A stretch of 64,000 bases of DNA, taken from Phoronis australis (lineage: Eukaryota; Animalia; Phoronida). The stretch spans positions 231,517-295,516 of the forward strand of contig NMRA01000222.1 in the NCBI GenBank assembly GCA_002633005.1, given 5' to 3'. The first letter of the stretch is position 1, and each line of letters begins with the position of its first letter. Both the position numbers and the translations under genes were made by a program. The notes below the pieces were generated by a model. It made no database searches. It saw only the letters and a program-made list of their open reading frames with translations, and had not been told where the DNA came from. Shown one piece after another: positions 45,421 to 58,608 of the stretch.

Positions 45421-46251
45421 CATATTAGCGTTACTTTACTGAATATATTTCAGTTTTGACTGATGTACAGTAGATGTATCCCTCAACTTCCTTCAGTTGA
45501 AAGTCTTTCACTCTAGAAACCAAATATAGAGTTCCAACTGAAAGCACTTGATTTTGATTTGAACTGAGGAATACCTATTTATATCATAATTGTCCTCTAA
45601 TTTGTTCTTTCATTTAAATGATTGATCAGTGATATAATTAGCTTGCCATAAACAATACATTCACTAAAATCTTCAGACAACATTTCTTGATGCCTGGGGT
45701 TTACTATAATTTCAATAGATTAATACATAAATTTCAAAAACTTTGTACAATTGAAAACCCAAGTTCAGAAGTCTTTCATTTCATGGGTTCTTGCAATTCT
45801 GTTATTAAGATTGCCACCTCCACTCAAATTACAGTATGTGCCGAGAGCTGTGACCGGGGTGGAGAGAAGTATAGGTCGGGTCGCTAGCCAATGACGTCGG
45901 TTCTTGCCTGACGGTAAAACGCTCCGGGCTTGAAGAAGGTACCGGCAGTGACTGTAAAAACAGCAATAACCAACAGCAGATTTTGTTCGACAAAAGGGGA
46001 GGGAGCGTGGGAAAGGTATAAATCGGTTGACTTGAGATTCTGCGGTACCCAGGGTTGGGAGGGTGGGAGAGGTATGAAATTGTCTAATTAGGAAAACTTA
46101 CGAGTGAATGCACTGTTGCTTGAGGCTGTGCCAACACTGAGGAAGCTGGAGAGAAAGAACAAACAGCGTTACCATCGGGTTTGGTAGGAACTAACTAGGA
46201 GTTGGATATGAAGTATGAAGGGCTGTATAATGGTATTTGCCCAAATAATAG

Positions 46252-47346
46252 GATTTATGTCAGAGTGCCATAAATCTCATTATTGGGGACAAATAAAACA
46301 ACAAGAATAATATATATTTTAAGTTGTATTGGGAATTTCAGGGTCACAGCTCTACAAATAAATATTTCACAGAAGGAACTAGATGGGTTCCTTAATTACA
46401 AGAGATAACACTTCCGATACCCAAAGTGAAATTGAGTATCGGATACTAAGTGGCACAGGTTAGCATATGGTACCAACTGGGTACATGTACATAATACCAA
46501 ATGAGTATTGGCCGATTGCCTACCAACTGGGTCGAGCAAAACGGCAAATTCAATTATAACAAGTACCAAGTGGGTACAAACTGCCAAACGGGAAATTATT
46601 TTTAGTGGGTACACCAAACAGTCAACTGGGCTATAACAACCTGCAAGGCAGGTTCCGGACAAGCTGAGAGAGCAGACCAGCCGGAGTGATAAAAAGAGAT
46701 ATTGTAAGGAACGTGGTGTTGTGGCTCAGTATGTGCCACATGGGCAGGGTTGTTCACGGATGAACAATCCTGTCCACCGCCACAACCCGCGTGGGGGCNG
46801 ATTTATGTCAGAGTGCCATAAATCTCATTATTGGGGACAAATAAAACAACAAGAATAATATATATTTTAAGTTGTATTGGGAATTTCAGGGTCACAGCTC
46901 TACAAATAAATATTTCACAGAAGGAACTAGATGGGTTCCTTAATTACAAGAGATAACACACACATTTCCGATACCCAAAGTGAAATTGAGTATCGGATAC
47001 TAAGTGGCACAGGTTAGCATATGGTACCAAATGGGTACATAATACCAAATGAGTATTGGCCGATTGCCTACCAACTGGGTCGAGCAAAACGGCAAATTCA
47101 ATTATAACAAGTACCAAGTGGGTACAAACTGCCAAACGGGAAATTATTTTTAGTGGGTACACCAAACAGCCAACTGGGCTATAACAACCTGCAAGGCAGG
47201 TTCCGGACAAGCTGAGTGAGCAGACCAGCCGGAGTGATAAAAAGAGATATTGTAAGGAACGTGGTGTTGTGGCTCAGTATGTGCCACATGGGCAGGGTTG
47301 TTCACGGATGAACAATCCTGTCCACTGCCACAGCCCGCGTGGGGGC
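46252..47346. other. Tandem near-identical duplication across the single N at 46799 (probably uncollapsed haplotypes)
   Basis: 46252-46798 vs 46800-47346 differ by a few SNPs and small indels. Confidence 0.8.
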
Positions 47347-50275
47347 CGTGACCCTAGTAGAGGAGTGGCAGGGGATGGGGGAAAAAGGTAGTCAGAACCA
47401 ATGAGAAATGAACCGATGCCATGCCCGGATTGCCTCCATATTCAGTGAAGCTCACCCCCTCCGCCCTCCGGAGTGCAGTCACGACGTTCGACTTGGGGCA
47501 CAGCCCACGAGGACAGATTGGATACCTCACGATGAGCGGTACTGCTCCCGCAAAGCTCGAAACCCAGCCGCACCCTGGTCGACGATAGAGCCGGAGTTGA
47601 CTGGAGGTTGCTGCACATTACAGGCACCACTACTGACACCATACCACACCCACCTACCAGACACTGCTATGCCTAACTACAAGGGAAATTGCACTACATA
47701 ACAGTGCAGACAAAAACATACCTGGCGGACCTGCAGTGGATCCCATCCGAGCATCGCATGGTACAGGGCCACCCAACTATCTCAGCAGGGCCTTCCCCGG
47801 GTCAAAGCCTCCCCCAAAATCCAACTCACCCTCACTCATGGCGCAGCAAATCCTGGTGAAATTCAGCCGGTTTAGGGCACAGTCTGTATTACCCAAAGTT
47901 TAGTGCCCCCCCTGATTATTACGAATCTAAAACACCGTGTATGAGCTGGGGTAGCTCAGCCGAAGACAACTGACGTTCAGGTTCCTAAGTGCTCAGGTCA
48001 AGAGATTATTCACAACTGTTGGTATTGCGGTGGAACAATTAACTGGCGTACCAGAAATGGTATGCGTTGTGACAATGGGTGGGGAGTAACCTCACCCGGA
48101 AGCATGTGCTGTTCGGGAAACTTGCTGCAAAACTGTACTCAGAAAATGGACGTGTTTTCTGAAAACAGAAAGATTGTAAAATTATTTTTTTTGTTTATTT
48201 TTAATTTTGTTTTTATTTTTTGGGTTTTTTTCAAAGTTAGGAAAGAAGTAATGGTGCAGGAAAGGTAATTCACCATCAGCACGGTAGATGTCATTTCATA
48301 TAGATTCATGAACAGATCTAAAATCAGTATTCAAGAAGTCCTTTTTATTTGATGCTGCTTTTAAGATGAAAACCGACAGTTTGATAAAAATCATTAATTA
48401 AAACCTCAAATTTCTATGGCATGATATTCAAAAACAAGCCCTTTTAGTCTAACGAACAACGGCGGTAGCATGGTGTCCAGTTCAGTTGAGTCCCATAGGC
48501 TGGTTTGGAGATACCATTTGGCAAAATTTCGAATGTTTCATCCCCATAACCAGAAAGTAAAACATCAACATTTAACCTGCAGGGGAAGGTTAATATCGAA
48601 ACGAAGTGCAGCATGGAAAGATAAACCATTAACGGGCAGGCAAACTTGGATATAAATGTACCGGGTGAAAATCAAAGTGGTGTGGCATGTGATTTTCAAT
48701 CATAGTAAAAATACAAGAGTTTTAAATATTTTATTGAAAGTAAAACGTATTGTGTTACATATTAGGGCTGCTATGTAGTTACACAACTACTGTGTTTCAA
48801 GCTATGTGCCACAGGAAGACCTTCATACGAAAACTTACGTGTCTACTATATGGCTAAGAAAAATAAAATATCTAAAAAAATCCAACACAACACCACTATA
48901 CGAGAAGGCGGCAACAGGGTCTCAGGAATAATGAGACCGCAAAAAGTCATATTAAATAAACAACACCAAGTACACAAATCAGGAAGCAACTTGGTCTACC
49001 AAATATGATTGCCAGTAAAAAGGCCCAGCACCGTATCAATGTGGTCAACGAATAATCTAGAGCTAAGTAAAAGGGCAAATAACATTTGTGCCGGTGATTC
49101 AGGAAAAGATGGGCACATCTAGTCAGTAAATGCATATTAAGCCTAGGGTTCAGGTGTCATGAAAGTTTAGTCTAGAAAGTTCCATTGCTTGCGCGAGGTC
49201 AGCATTATGCAACAAGTTATTATGTAATTACATTCTATATAAATACGACTGATAACATCAGTCGTGTACATGTACATACATAGGAGCTATAGATTGTTGC
49301 CACTAGGTGGAACATAAAAAAGTAGTTAGCCACAACAGAATTACATGTAATGTGGCTGTTTTTGACTGAGATAGAAATGAAGACCTCTTTTACATGAGAT
49401 GTGTTATCATGAAGGAAATTTTTTTCTCGTCAGTACAGAACATGCTTCTCATTCATTTCTCCAATCTTTTAGTTATCTCGTAACTGAACAGAAATAGTGA
49501 AAACCTCAGCTTGACACAGCAATGATTACAATGCCACTTCATTTCGGTAGTACAGGCGAAGATGTACCACTGAAGAAGGCATCCCTTCAAGTAATCTGTA
49601 CTGAAATAGAAAATCAATCAGTTGAAGGCACTGATACAAGCTTCAAAAATCTTACAGTTAGTGATCTAAAATATTCCAGTTACTGGTGTCGTCAGAAATA
49701 CTCAGAAGAGGGGGCAAAAGCAAAATTGTTAGTGACCAATGGCTAGGACTGAAATGATAGGCAACCTGGAGGCACTGGAGTGAACAGGGGAGGTGGTAGC
49801 CCCGCTGTACGTCCCGTGGCTATGTTAGTGCGCAGCCCTGATCTGAAGTCGTAATCCAACCACACATCAGCCTATCCCAAATCTAAACCATCACTCTAGC
49901 CAATACATTATTTTAAAAATAAGATTTATGCGGGTTAGACTAATTTCTTAACGTGGTGTGCTTTGTAACCTACGAGTCCAGTGTTTCTAGAAACACAGTA
50001 AAAATGTCACAGGGTTTGTCCAGTTATTTTTTATTAAAACTCAATTCAATGAAAATACGGACTGTGCATAAATGTTATGGGAAAGGGTGACTTTTCAACG
50101 AAATGGGATCATTTTGATAACTTTGCTTATTCATAAAAGGTGGGATTTCGTCTTACTGACTATGCGAAAGGGTGGGCATCCTAATAACTAAGCGGCACAC
50201 CTCAAAAACAAGCGAATACTGGCGTCAAGGGCACAGCTGATTACGATTTTCTAAAACCGCTCTGAGTTGGTAGCG

Positions 50276-50494
50276 TGTTGCAACAATTACTAAAATCTCT
50301 TGGTCTATTTACACCGACCTCTTGTCTATTTACACTATTTACACGACGTATATACAGATATCCGTGCTCGTTCTTCTAAGAACGCAGGACCACTTGACGA
50401 TGGCCAGAGAATAGACCGACCGAAACGTCGTGTCAGTGTAAATAGACAAGAGATCGGTGTAAATTGACCAAGAGATTTCAATAATAGTTGTTGC
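50276..50494 (+). mobile_element. Penelope-like terminal relic: inverted duplication enclosing a minimal hammerhead-ribozyme-like motif
   Basis: About 70-bp inverted arms. Core cac-TTGACGA-t-gg..cc-GAAACGTC-gtg at 50391-50432. Confidence 0.55.
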
Positions 50495-53475
50495 ACTACT
50501 GATTGTTAATAACCTTTAAAATTTGGGTTACAGTTGAATTTCTGTGCGATACATACATTCCTTAGACTCGAATGCAGAGAGCAAACACATATAAAATGAA
50601 ACTCGTCTTATATAGATTTTTCAGTATAAAATGGGCAAACCCAAAACTGCCGGTCAATATGAATGTGTCACCCAGATTGAATAGCTAAATTATGATTTGA
50701 TAATCTGAGTCGTGTCAATACAGATGGTAAATCCAATGCTAAATAAAGCTCAAAACAAAAATATAACTTGGTGACAGAGTATATATCAAACGTTGTGCTA
50801 TTATTAATATCCGACTGCCACTCTTGCAAATAACAGTCTTTAATCTTTGTTCACAAACTAGAAGAAGACTTTTATCTCAATCAACATCGTGCTGTAATCA
50901 CACCATATCAAAACCACAACGGCACAGCAGCAATCTAACTGCTGACATCCATCAACACCATCCAACTCAAAAAGCCCAGCTTTACAAGGTAACTTCACCA
51001 CTTTTAACCAAAATATACATTTTATGAACAATGGAACTCGATCTACTACACTCACCAAGGACAGTACTGTTGGTCGTGGAACTGCCAGCAATTGAAATCC
51101 GTTTAAAGAAGTCCACGTGAATGCTTTCCATACATTTATACTGTTTAAAACTCACCAAAGGAAAAACATTTTTTCAAAATTTTTGAAAGCAGTAGGCAGT
51201 GGCAGGCGATCACACAAAAAATCATTCTAATGAACATTCAATAAAGCTTTGCGTGCTGGTTGCGCTAGTGTTCAAGTGTAGACCACGATAAAACAGACAC
51301 CAACATTTTTGTAGCATGATAATACGTCATGTTTATGATTATCGTATTAAAGCCATATTTCATAACGACGAAGTGGGCCGGCTTTCCAAAACNTCTCGAT
51401 TTATGACCCACAACGCGTGACTGGACAAAGCCTTTTCAATTTAGCCGGTGGAGCGTGAGACCCCTGAGGTCCCAATCGAGTCCTCACGACAACTTCGCGT
51501 TATGCACATCTGCACATAAGAGCACACGCTTATTTCTGCTTTATTATTACTGTATTCACAGAAATGTCACTGTTGCAATCTTTCTCAATGTCCTCTAAAA
51601 ACCCATTGACGTACATTATAAATTAGAAGATACTTACAACTCAAATACAATACTTAGCCGTTCGTTAAATCTAACACAGGATCTCAATTGGTTGTACAGT
51701 GTACATTGATTTAACACACTCAATATTTTACCATGAATCCCTATTTTTCAAGTCCGTACCACTGCTACGTTTATTTGTAATTGCATTTGGCAAACAATAC
51801 TTAGTAGTGTTTAATATTGAAAACAATTCATTCTATATTTAAATCCTTGAAGCAGATGTTCTAGCCTTCCGGCTTATTACGATTTCACTAGCCATGGTTC
51901 AGGTAACGCTCAGGCATGCTAACAAATGGCAAATAAAATGAACATAGCAACAAGTTTCAGACATTTCGTAAGTCAAGACACAACCGTTATCTAGATTCCT
52001 GTTTGGAATGAATACGAGGCTTTTTCCCATAGACCACCACTTCTTCGACTATAGGTATGTGTTTTACACACAAAGGTATGACATCCACAAAATGTTTTAA
52101 TTAAAGTGACATCATTTTTGAGTGGTAAACGCCGTAATGTGGTAATAAAAATGACAGATAATGTGAACATTTACTCTATACGTGTATATCCGGAATATTC
52201 AAGCAGTATAACAATAAACGGTATATTCACTCCAGAAGAGGTTCGGTATAGTCGTCAACCTCGGAACCCATAACGCTAAATCGTCGTGAGAGACCGTCCG
52301 GAGTTGGTACGGGTAAAACTCGGGACGGTCTGGGGTCAACAGAAAACCACTGTTCAACTGTGAGTCTACACCAATGTGATGAACGAGAGTAGTTCTACTT
52401 GCTAAGTCAGCTGCAGGTATTCTTGTCTCTTTTATGGCACCCAATGTGTGATTGGGCAAAGCGCTTTCAAAATAATGTGGATAAATCAGCGGTGTGTGAG
52501 ACCCCTGAGGTTCCTCTCAAGTCCTCACAACAATTCTACGTTATGCAATGTCGCATACATCACTTACATGTACCAGTAGCAGCTCCAGTCCACAGAATGA
52601 GACATCACAACACCTCACTATTCCTGGGTCTGGAGTGATGGCACAGTGTAATGATACGGCACTTGACTGAAGTCGACCGGACATTGGAGGAAGTGTCACT
52701 GAGTGGACAACGTCCAAAACGTCACTGCAGATGCCACATGTAGGATGCGTCTATTCTTCCTTCAATCAGTAAGCGCAGGTTTCAAAATAAGTCGGAGTAC
52801 AGACAAAAACGAACAAGGCGTTTTTTCCTAACCTGGGGTCTTCTTTAAGAGGGAAATGTGCACAAAGTTAACAAGTTTTTTTCAGAATAACGTTCTACCC
52901 ACGTGTCGCTTCAGTAGTCTGATTTCACATGAGAGTTTGCAAACAACGAATCTTAACTACACGTACCTTCCTGTCTTAAAAGAAGATTATCGGCGAGCAA
53001 GTCAGTTTTTTAGATGAACCTCAGCACAGATTCGAGCATGCAACTTCCGGCCGGGTATCAGCCTACTGTTCTGCTAGGGGACTGAGCTAAATCCCACACA
53101 ATAACTAGCAGAGCATTTCAAATTTATTTAGGTCGTCTTGATTTCAGTGAATGTTTAGCGGACAACGGCGAAAATTTGCGATTTGAAATAAAATCGCAAA
53201 AACACAATACTGATTTTGTTGTGTAATAACCCAGATCAAAGCTAATTAATTCAAAAAGACTATCAATCTATAATCCCAGGAAAGGTGTTTTTCGGTCGTA
53301 AAACCTATAATGTATCTTTGAAAGCGCAAAGCATGTTCAATTTACTTGGATAGTAACTCAAAGTCCCAAACGACTTTAAACTTTTATGAGTTACATGTAC
53401 AGTGTATGACGACAAAACCGATTATACACTATAGGTAGTGTGTTCACAGACAAGCGGTTAAAGCAAATCAACGGT

Positions 53476-55374
53476 CTAAAGTCTATTCTTACATAAGCAG
53501 TATTTTCTCAAGTGCTCGTGTGTTTGTTTTATACAATTCGGGTCTTCACCATACTTATTAATGCGACTGATGTCATCATCCGTAAATTTGAATGTCCCAG
53601 AACTAATGTCTTGACGAAATGTCGCCTCGTACAAACCGTTATTTGGAGAGGTTCGGATTTTTATCTGGTATATGCGGTAATGAATCTCCATGTTATCGGA
53701 GAGGTCAGGTATCAAACCATTTATGTCTTTACTTTGTTTGAATTTTAACATTTCAGGACTTGGTTGAAATTGAACTGCTTCGATCAACATGTCCAAAGAT
53801 AGTTTTGCACATTGTGAGCGCTGTGTCTCAGTCAACTGATTGATGAAGTTTACAAGATCATGGGCCCCTCGAGTTATGTCGGAATGGCTGATATTTACGA
53901 CACTCCATTGCAGACAATTACACCAATGGGCATCGATGCCTGCATGTGGACAAGTGCGATCCTTTGGAATCTCCTTGAACAAACTGATCCCACGATCGTA
54001 GACACTTCCCAAGCCAACATCTTTATAATGGACTACATCAAGTAATGTTTCATGGACGTCGAACATGGTCACCAGCCTTTCGGAATTTTTTAGCACATTT
54101 GAATACGCCTTGGGATATTTTTGCTGGAACCATTTTGGAAATGCAAATCCTAAAAATGGATTGCGCTCTTCTTGTTTTCCCTGTAACGTGCCTCGTTGCT
54201 CTGGAAATCTTGCGCCATGATCCGACATTAGGATCAGCAATGTACGATCAAGATAATCCTCATTTTTAAGTTCTTTCATGAAGTTAAGAACGTCCTCGTC
54301 GCCTGTTTGAAGTAAGTCATTCTGACCATGGCTTAGTTCGTTGTGAAACATGAAGGCAAATTTAGGGTGTTCTTTGTACATCTTTTGAAAGCTTTTGATC
54401 CAGTCCAGCACAACTCTCACTCTTGGACGATCGCCAATGCAATGTTTCGGCTTCCGATTCCAGTCGTCCAAGTTGTGAAATATCCTCATGTAGTGGTCCG
54501 TTGGTTGTTTTAGGAATCCAGTCATTCTGTAGGTGAACGTGCCCACTTCTGGAGCGTCCTCCGACCAGGCGGTGACATAACCGTTTTCAGAGAAGTTCCT
54601 CCACACGAAAGGGTACACGTCCACATGAAGTTTGCTACCAGAGCTTTTCAAAACGTTGGGTAGTTCTTGTTCAGTTTTCCCAGTGAGCAGTGGTATCAGC
54701 GCTTGTGGCGTTCCGTCACCAACTATGTTCATGCCCTTCATGATAATTCCGTCTAATTCTTCCGTGAAATATTTTGTAGTTTTCGGCAACTTTCTAAGAA
54801 ACTGCATTCTGGAAACCGAATCCAAGCCAATAATAACGACGTCTAACCCCATGCCATTGTACGGGCGCTGAGCCGATTTCAAGCGTTCGTGAATTGCACG
54901 TTGGTATTGTATTCCGGCTTGCATATTTGTGTAAGACAAGCCACTTGCACTAATGCACGAGGCCCTAAAGAAATCACTTGGTAACAAAGCGTTGTTTTCT
55001 AATTTTTGTTCAGCACCTTCTGTCGTCTTTTCGTCCGATTGTCGAATAAACGTAGTATAATTGCAGTTGATTTTCCCGAACTTTTTTTCAGCTTCGGGTT
55101 GTATAACAAATCTACCGTCAATTACTTCTACCCAGTTTTTTATCGCATTACAAATCAATGGCGGGTGGACTTTAAAGAACTGCGCGATGGACGGATCCCA
55201 TGGACGCATCTTGGGATATTGGCACATCAACCTCATAGGTGCTGCCTCACCATTTATATCACTTCTGCTATATCTGTGATTGATAATAATATACATGTTC
55301 ATAAGGAGTCCGCTGAGAATCGCGGCCAATGTGGCGATCTTGAAAAGTCGAAGAAGCTTCCTTTTTGGAAACAT
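53476..55374 (-). CDS. DUF229-family protein (alkaline phosphatase/sulfatase-like fold), predicted type II membrane protein, 632 aa
   Basis: Uninterrupted ORF with an N-terminal basic tail plus hydrophobic anchor. Motifs IIGLDSVSR, MNIVGDGT, SH, MSDHG, EERNP, GISLF...RTC..AGI..HWCNC and ISRINKYG...CYC-like terminus. A pyrimidine-rich acceptor (TTTTCTAG) lies 4 nt upstream of the ATG, implying a 5'UTR intron. Confidence 0.9.
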   Translation of the reverse strand: MFPKRKLLRLFKIATLAAILSGLLMNMYIIINHRYSRSDINGEAAPMRLMCQYPKMRPWDPSIAQFFKVHPPLICNAIKNWVEVIDGRFVIQPEAEKKFGKINCNYTTFIRQSDEKTTEGAEQKLENNALLPSDFFRASCISASGLSYTNMQAGIQYQRAIHERLKSAQRPYNGMGLDVVIIGLDSVSRMQFLRKLPKTTKYFTEELDGIIMKGMNIVGDGTPQALIPLLTGKTEQELPNVLKSSGSKLHVDVYPFVWRNFSENGYVTAWSEDAPEVGTFTYRMTGFLKQPTDHYMRIFHNLDDWNRKPKHCIGDRPRVRVVLDWIKSFQKMYKEHPKFAFMFHNELSHGQNDLLQTGDEDVLNFMKELKNEDYLDRTLLILMSDHGARFPEQRGTLQGKQEERNPFLGFAFPKWFQQKYPKAYSNVLKNSERLVTMFDVHETLLDVVHYKDVGLGSVYDRGISLFKEIPKDRTCPHAGIDAHWCNCLQWSVVNISHSDITRGAHDLVNFINQLTETQRSQCAKLSLDMLIEAVQFQPSPEMLKFKQSKDINGLIPDLSDNMEIHYRIYQIKIRTSPNNGLYEATFRQDISSGTFKFTDDDISRINKYGEDPNCIKQTHEHLRKYCLCKNRL

Positions 55375-55746
55375 TGCACTAGAAAATAAAAAAATGAAAT
55401 GGAAGCATCTCTCACCAATTCGTAGTTGGCAACTTGCTCACTAACACCTGATTTTTAGAAATATATGTAACCTCCTGTCGACACCAGTTCAATACACTTA
55501 CAGCATAGCATACGGAAACTGCGGATGACACGTGCTGTGATAGGCACACATGTAAGACGAGGTCAAAACATCTATCAAAGTAAAACTTAAACTCAAATCT
55601 CCAGTGTTCGTCCTGACACATTTTTGTCAAGAGAGACTGGACAGCGGAGGATTGCTGCATCACAGAACTAGAGGAACTGCAATGCTATCTCCTTTCTGCG
55701 TGTGACCCGTGCCCGCTAGTGGAAGAGCTTGCGCTCGATAAAACAA

Positions 55747-55800
55747 GGCTGGTCAGAGTTCTGGACTGACAACTGAAAGGTTCCAGGTTACAACCCCGCC
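55747..55800 (+). mobile_element. Decayed tRNA-derived SINE head
   Basis: TGGTCAGAG...GGACTGACAAC...GGTTCCAGGTTACAACCCC resembles A-box/anticodon arm/B-box spacing. No complete cloverleaf. Confidence 0.35.
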
Positions 55801-58363
55801 GTGTATCAGGAAATTATAATCCAAATGTTCACTATGAATGCTCCAAAAGCCGGTGCTCGTTCCTCTAAGACCGCTGCTCCATAGACCGCAAATCATTTGC
55901 ATTGGAACGGAAATACTGAATTTGGTGGCAAAAAAGGATTAGGTGGAGAATTTAGGATGTCGTGTGGGGTGGAATACAAAATGGCATTCCAGCGAGTACT
56001 AATTTTTCATCCTGCTGGGAGATTGCATCCGGCTAGCCCCGTACGATTGGAATAGTATTTCGCAATGGAGGTTCTGCTAGTTTGGTGGCGGTTGCAAAAA
56101 CAACACGTCGAAATTTACGACGACCGAGTAAGGAACGAAATCGACAAAGTGGTGGTCATGGGGTATTGGGATCCTACTTGTTAAAAATGCATGTCTTCCC
56201 TTCGGGCCTGGATACCGTTGTATTTTTCCGCCCAGGTGACAAAATATTAGGCACGCTAAGACCCTATGGCATTCCAACAATTTACTATAGATAATACGTG
56301 TCGTAGAATAAATTTTATGAATGCCAGAACCTTCTGTAATTTTAAGGTACAAGCAGAGTCCGTAGACAGAGAAACTAATCTCCTGGAAGATTCCCAGTGG
56401 ACGTACAGTGTCGGACATTGTTGTTTCGTGGACCGTAGTGACACTTAACTGGCGTCTGATACGAAGAAATCAGATGTGGTTTTCGACGTGTCGCGTACTT
56501 CATCGGAGCACACGCCCGCTAGGTGTCGCTACGGTCCATGAGATAATAATGGAGGCAGCCAATAAGATCATCGTCTTTGCTACAAAAAAGTTTATTACAT
56601 TAATTTTTTGTTTTAAACGTAACTGCGGAGAGCGTTCCGTAAACATAGTTTTTGAGGAAAAGACAAATTCAGGCGAGTGAAAAGCGAGGGTTTCGCGAGT
56701 ATGCTCGGGAGCTTACTAACCCATTCTAGCAAAATCCTGATTTTTTAAAACGATACTTAACCTCGTTTTGATGATTTCCATCAGTCCTCATTCTGTCACC
56801 AGCTCATGCATTATTGGCGTCAGTCTTCCAAGTTAAAGAAAGGAATCAACGAAAAACTCATGATCCCCATGTCACAGATTGGACATTATGGCCCTAAATT
56901 GGTCGGTGGTCTTTCCCACAGCTGCCGAATAATTCTCTAAAAGCGTAGGTCACGCTTGCCTGTTTAGCACACCGTGAAAGGAGTTTTTAAATTTTCATCC
57001 AAACTTTTGAGGGTTGTCGAAGGTCACAGAGCACTACTTTGTTTCAGAGAACTGGACGGGAAAGTCGTTTTAGTTTCTGTTAATAGGCCAAAACCGGGTT
57101 TTAAATCACTGCCGTAAATGTAAACATAAACACAGATTTAATTATAATTACAAAGTAGTGAAGCCAACGGAAGAATAAGGCTCGATAAAAAATACAAACC
57201 AACTCTTAAAATGTTCCTACAAACCAACCTTCAGACTGCCAGTGATGATGCAGCGAACTCAAACGACAAACGGAAATCTGTTACCGTACAGCTGTCAATA
57301 TTATTACAAGCAACAGTCCTACATGTAAGAAGCTGGTGCGTTGATCACACAGCAAGTACCGTGTTCCAAGTAATCAATACCCGCATACGCGCGAATAAAA
57401 GTCGCTCGAACGTCTCTGCGCATTTATACCAAATGCTGAGCGTGTTCAGCGCGGATAAATTCGCGCATTCACCAGCTGTAACCAGCTTTATTTTAGTAAA
57501 AGCCATAAAACGGATTCCGCCGGAGTGAGTTATAACCATTAGACATCGTTATAACTGACTCGTGCATTATGGGTAAATCAACTGGACCGCCCTGAGTAAT
57601 AGGAATTCCATGGAAACCCCGACACACTTAAGAAAGGCAAACGCAAACAGGACTGAAAGTTAAAAAATTATTTCAGTGGAACGTTTCAACTGGCGAAATT
57701 TATCCTGTGTTTTCAACTGGTGAATGTTAAGGAAAGATAGCCACGCAAGAGAAATAACAGCTCTTATGCTATTTTGCAACCGAAAATGAATTGACTCTTC
57801 AAATGCTCAGAAGAAACCACACGTCTAACTACACTGAATACACCTGACATTTGTTATACGTTATTATCTCTGTTGGTATTAATTGCGCAAAATATAGTAT
57901 GGTGATTAGGCCCTATTTACCGACTGGTTTTCCGACACCACCTGCTCTAAAATAATAAGAGTGTCAAGATAGACTGGGTAGGTTAATTTAAAATGTAGCT
58001 ATGCATTGTGTAAGCTTATGGATGAAAAGGAATGATTAAGCCCAGCACCCAATATATTTTGTAACAGCCCCTTATTAACACAAGCGAGATTTGTTTAAAC
58101 TAACAATACATTACGCAACTTGCACGTAGGCACTATTTGCAGAGAAGAGGGCGAGAATGCATGCATTTTCACCCCACAATCTCCAGCGAGGTTTTCGGCA
58201 CATCTGTAAATATTGAAAAGTTAAATAGCCGTCTTCGAATTTTTAAAATCGGTGCATTATTAGCGAAGTTACCGAATAGGTTTTCTCCAGCAGCGCTGCT
58301 GAGCCACGCACATTAATTAGCTTTTAAGAAAAAACGGGTTAGTGGCAGTCTGGCTTAGGCGCN

Positions 58364-58608
58364 GCACATTCAGTTACAAGGAAAAAATGGCGGCGTTCAG
58401 GACAAGTTCCTGAACTGATGAGCCGGAAATGTGGGTACGGAAATAACCGATGACAACCGGTAATCAGAGAGAAGGGTCAAATAATGTTAAAAAATCGCTT
58501 TTGACAAGAAAGGCGAAAAGAATATAAAGAAAGGCTGTCGAAAATAAGAATTTATGTAGTAAGTATTTTCGGATACTGGAACCACATGGTCAGTTTGCAA
58601 GAAGGACT
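58364..58608 (-). mobile_element. Kolobok-type family A, one terminus next to an assembly join
   Basis: Reverse complement of 2179-2430, ending AAGGACT|TTAA. Confidence 0.85.

Noticed and set aside
45880-45970. CTTGAAGAAGG Penelope-like terminal motif
   Set aside because: No GAAAC partner or stems, and no RT/GIY-YIG remnant recognised.
47700-47770. LQWIPSEH, similar to a non-LTR RNase H motif
   Set aside because: An isolated short match with no following GNE.AD motif.
46710-47970. tRNA-like A-box strings (TGGCTCAGT, TAGCTCAG)
   Set aside because: No B-box at the right spacing and no cloverleaf.
58415-58445. CTGATGA...GAAA hammerhead-like string in the Kolobok family-A end
   Set aside because: No convincing stem II adjacent to GAAA and no stem I/III pairing.
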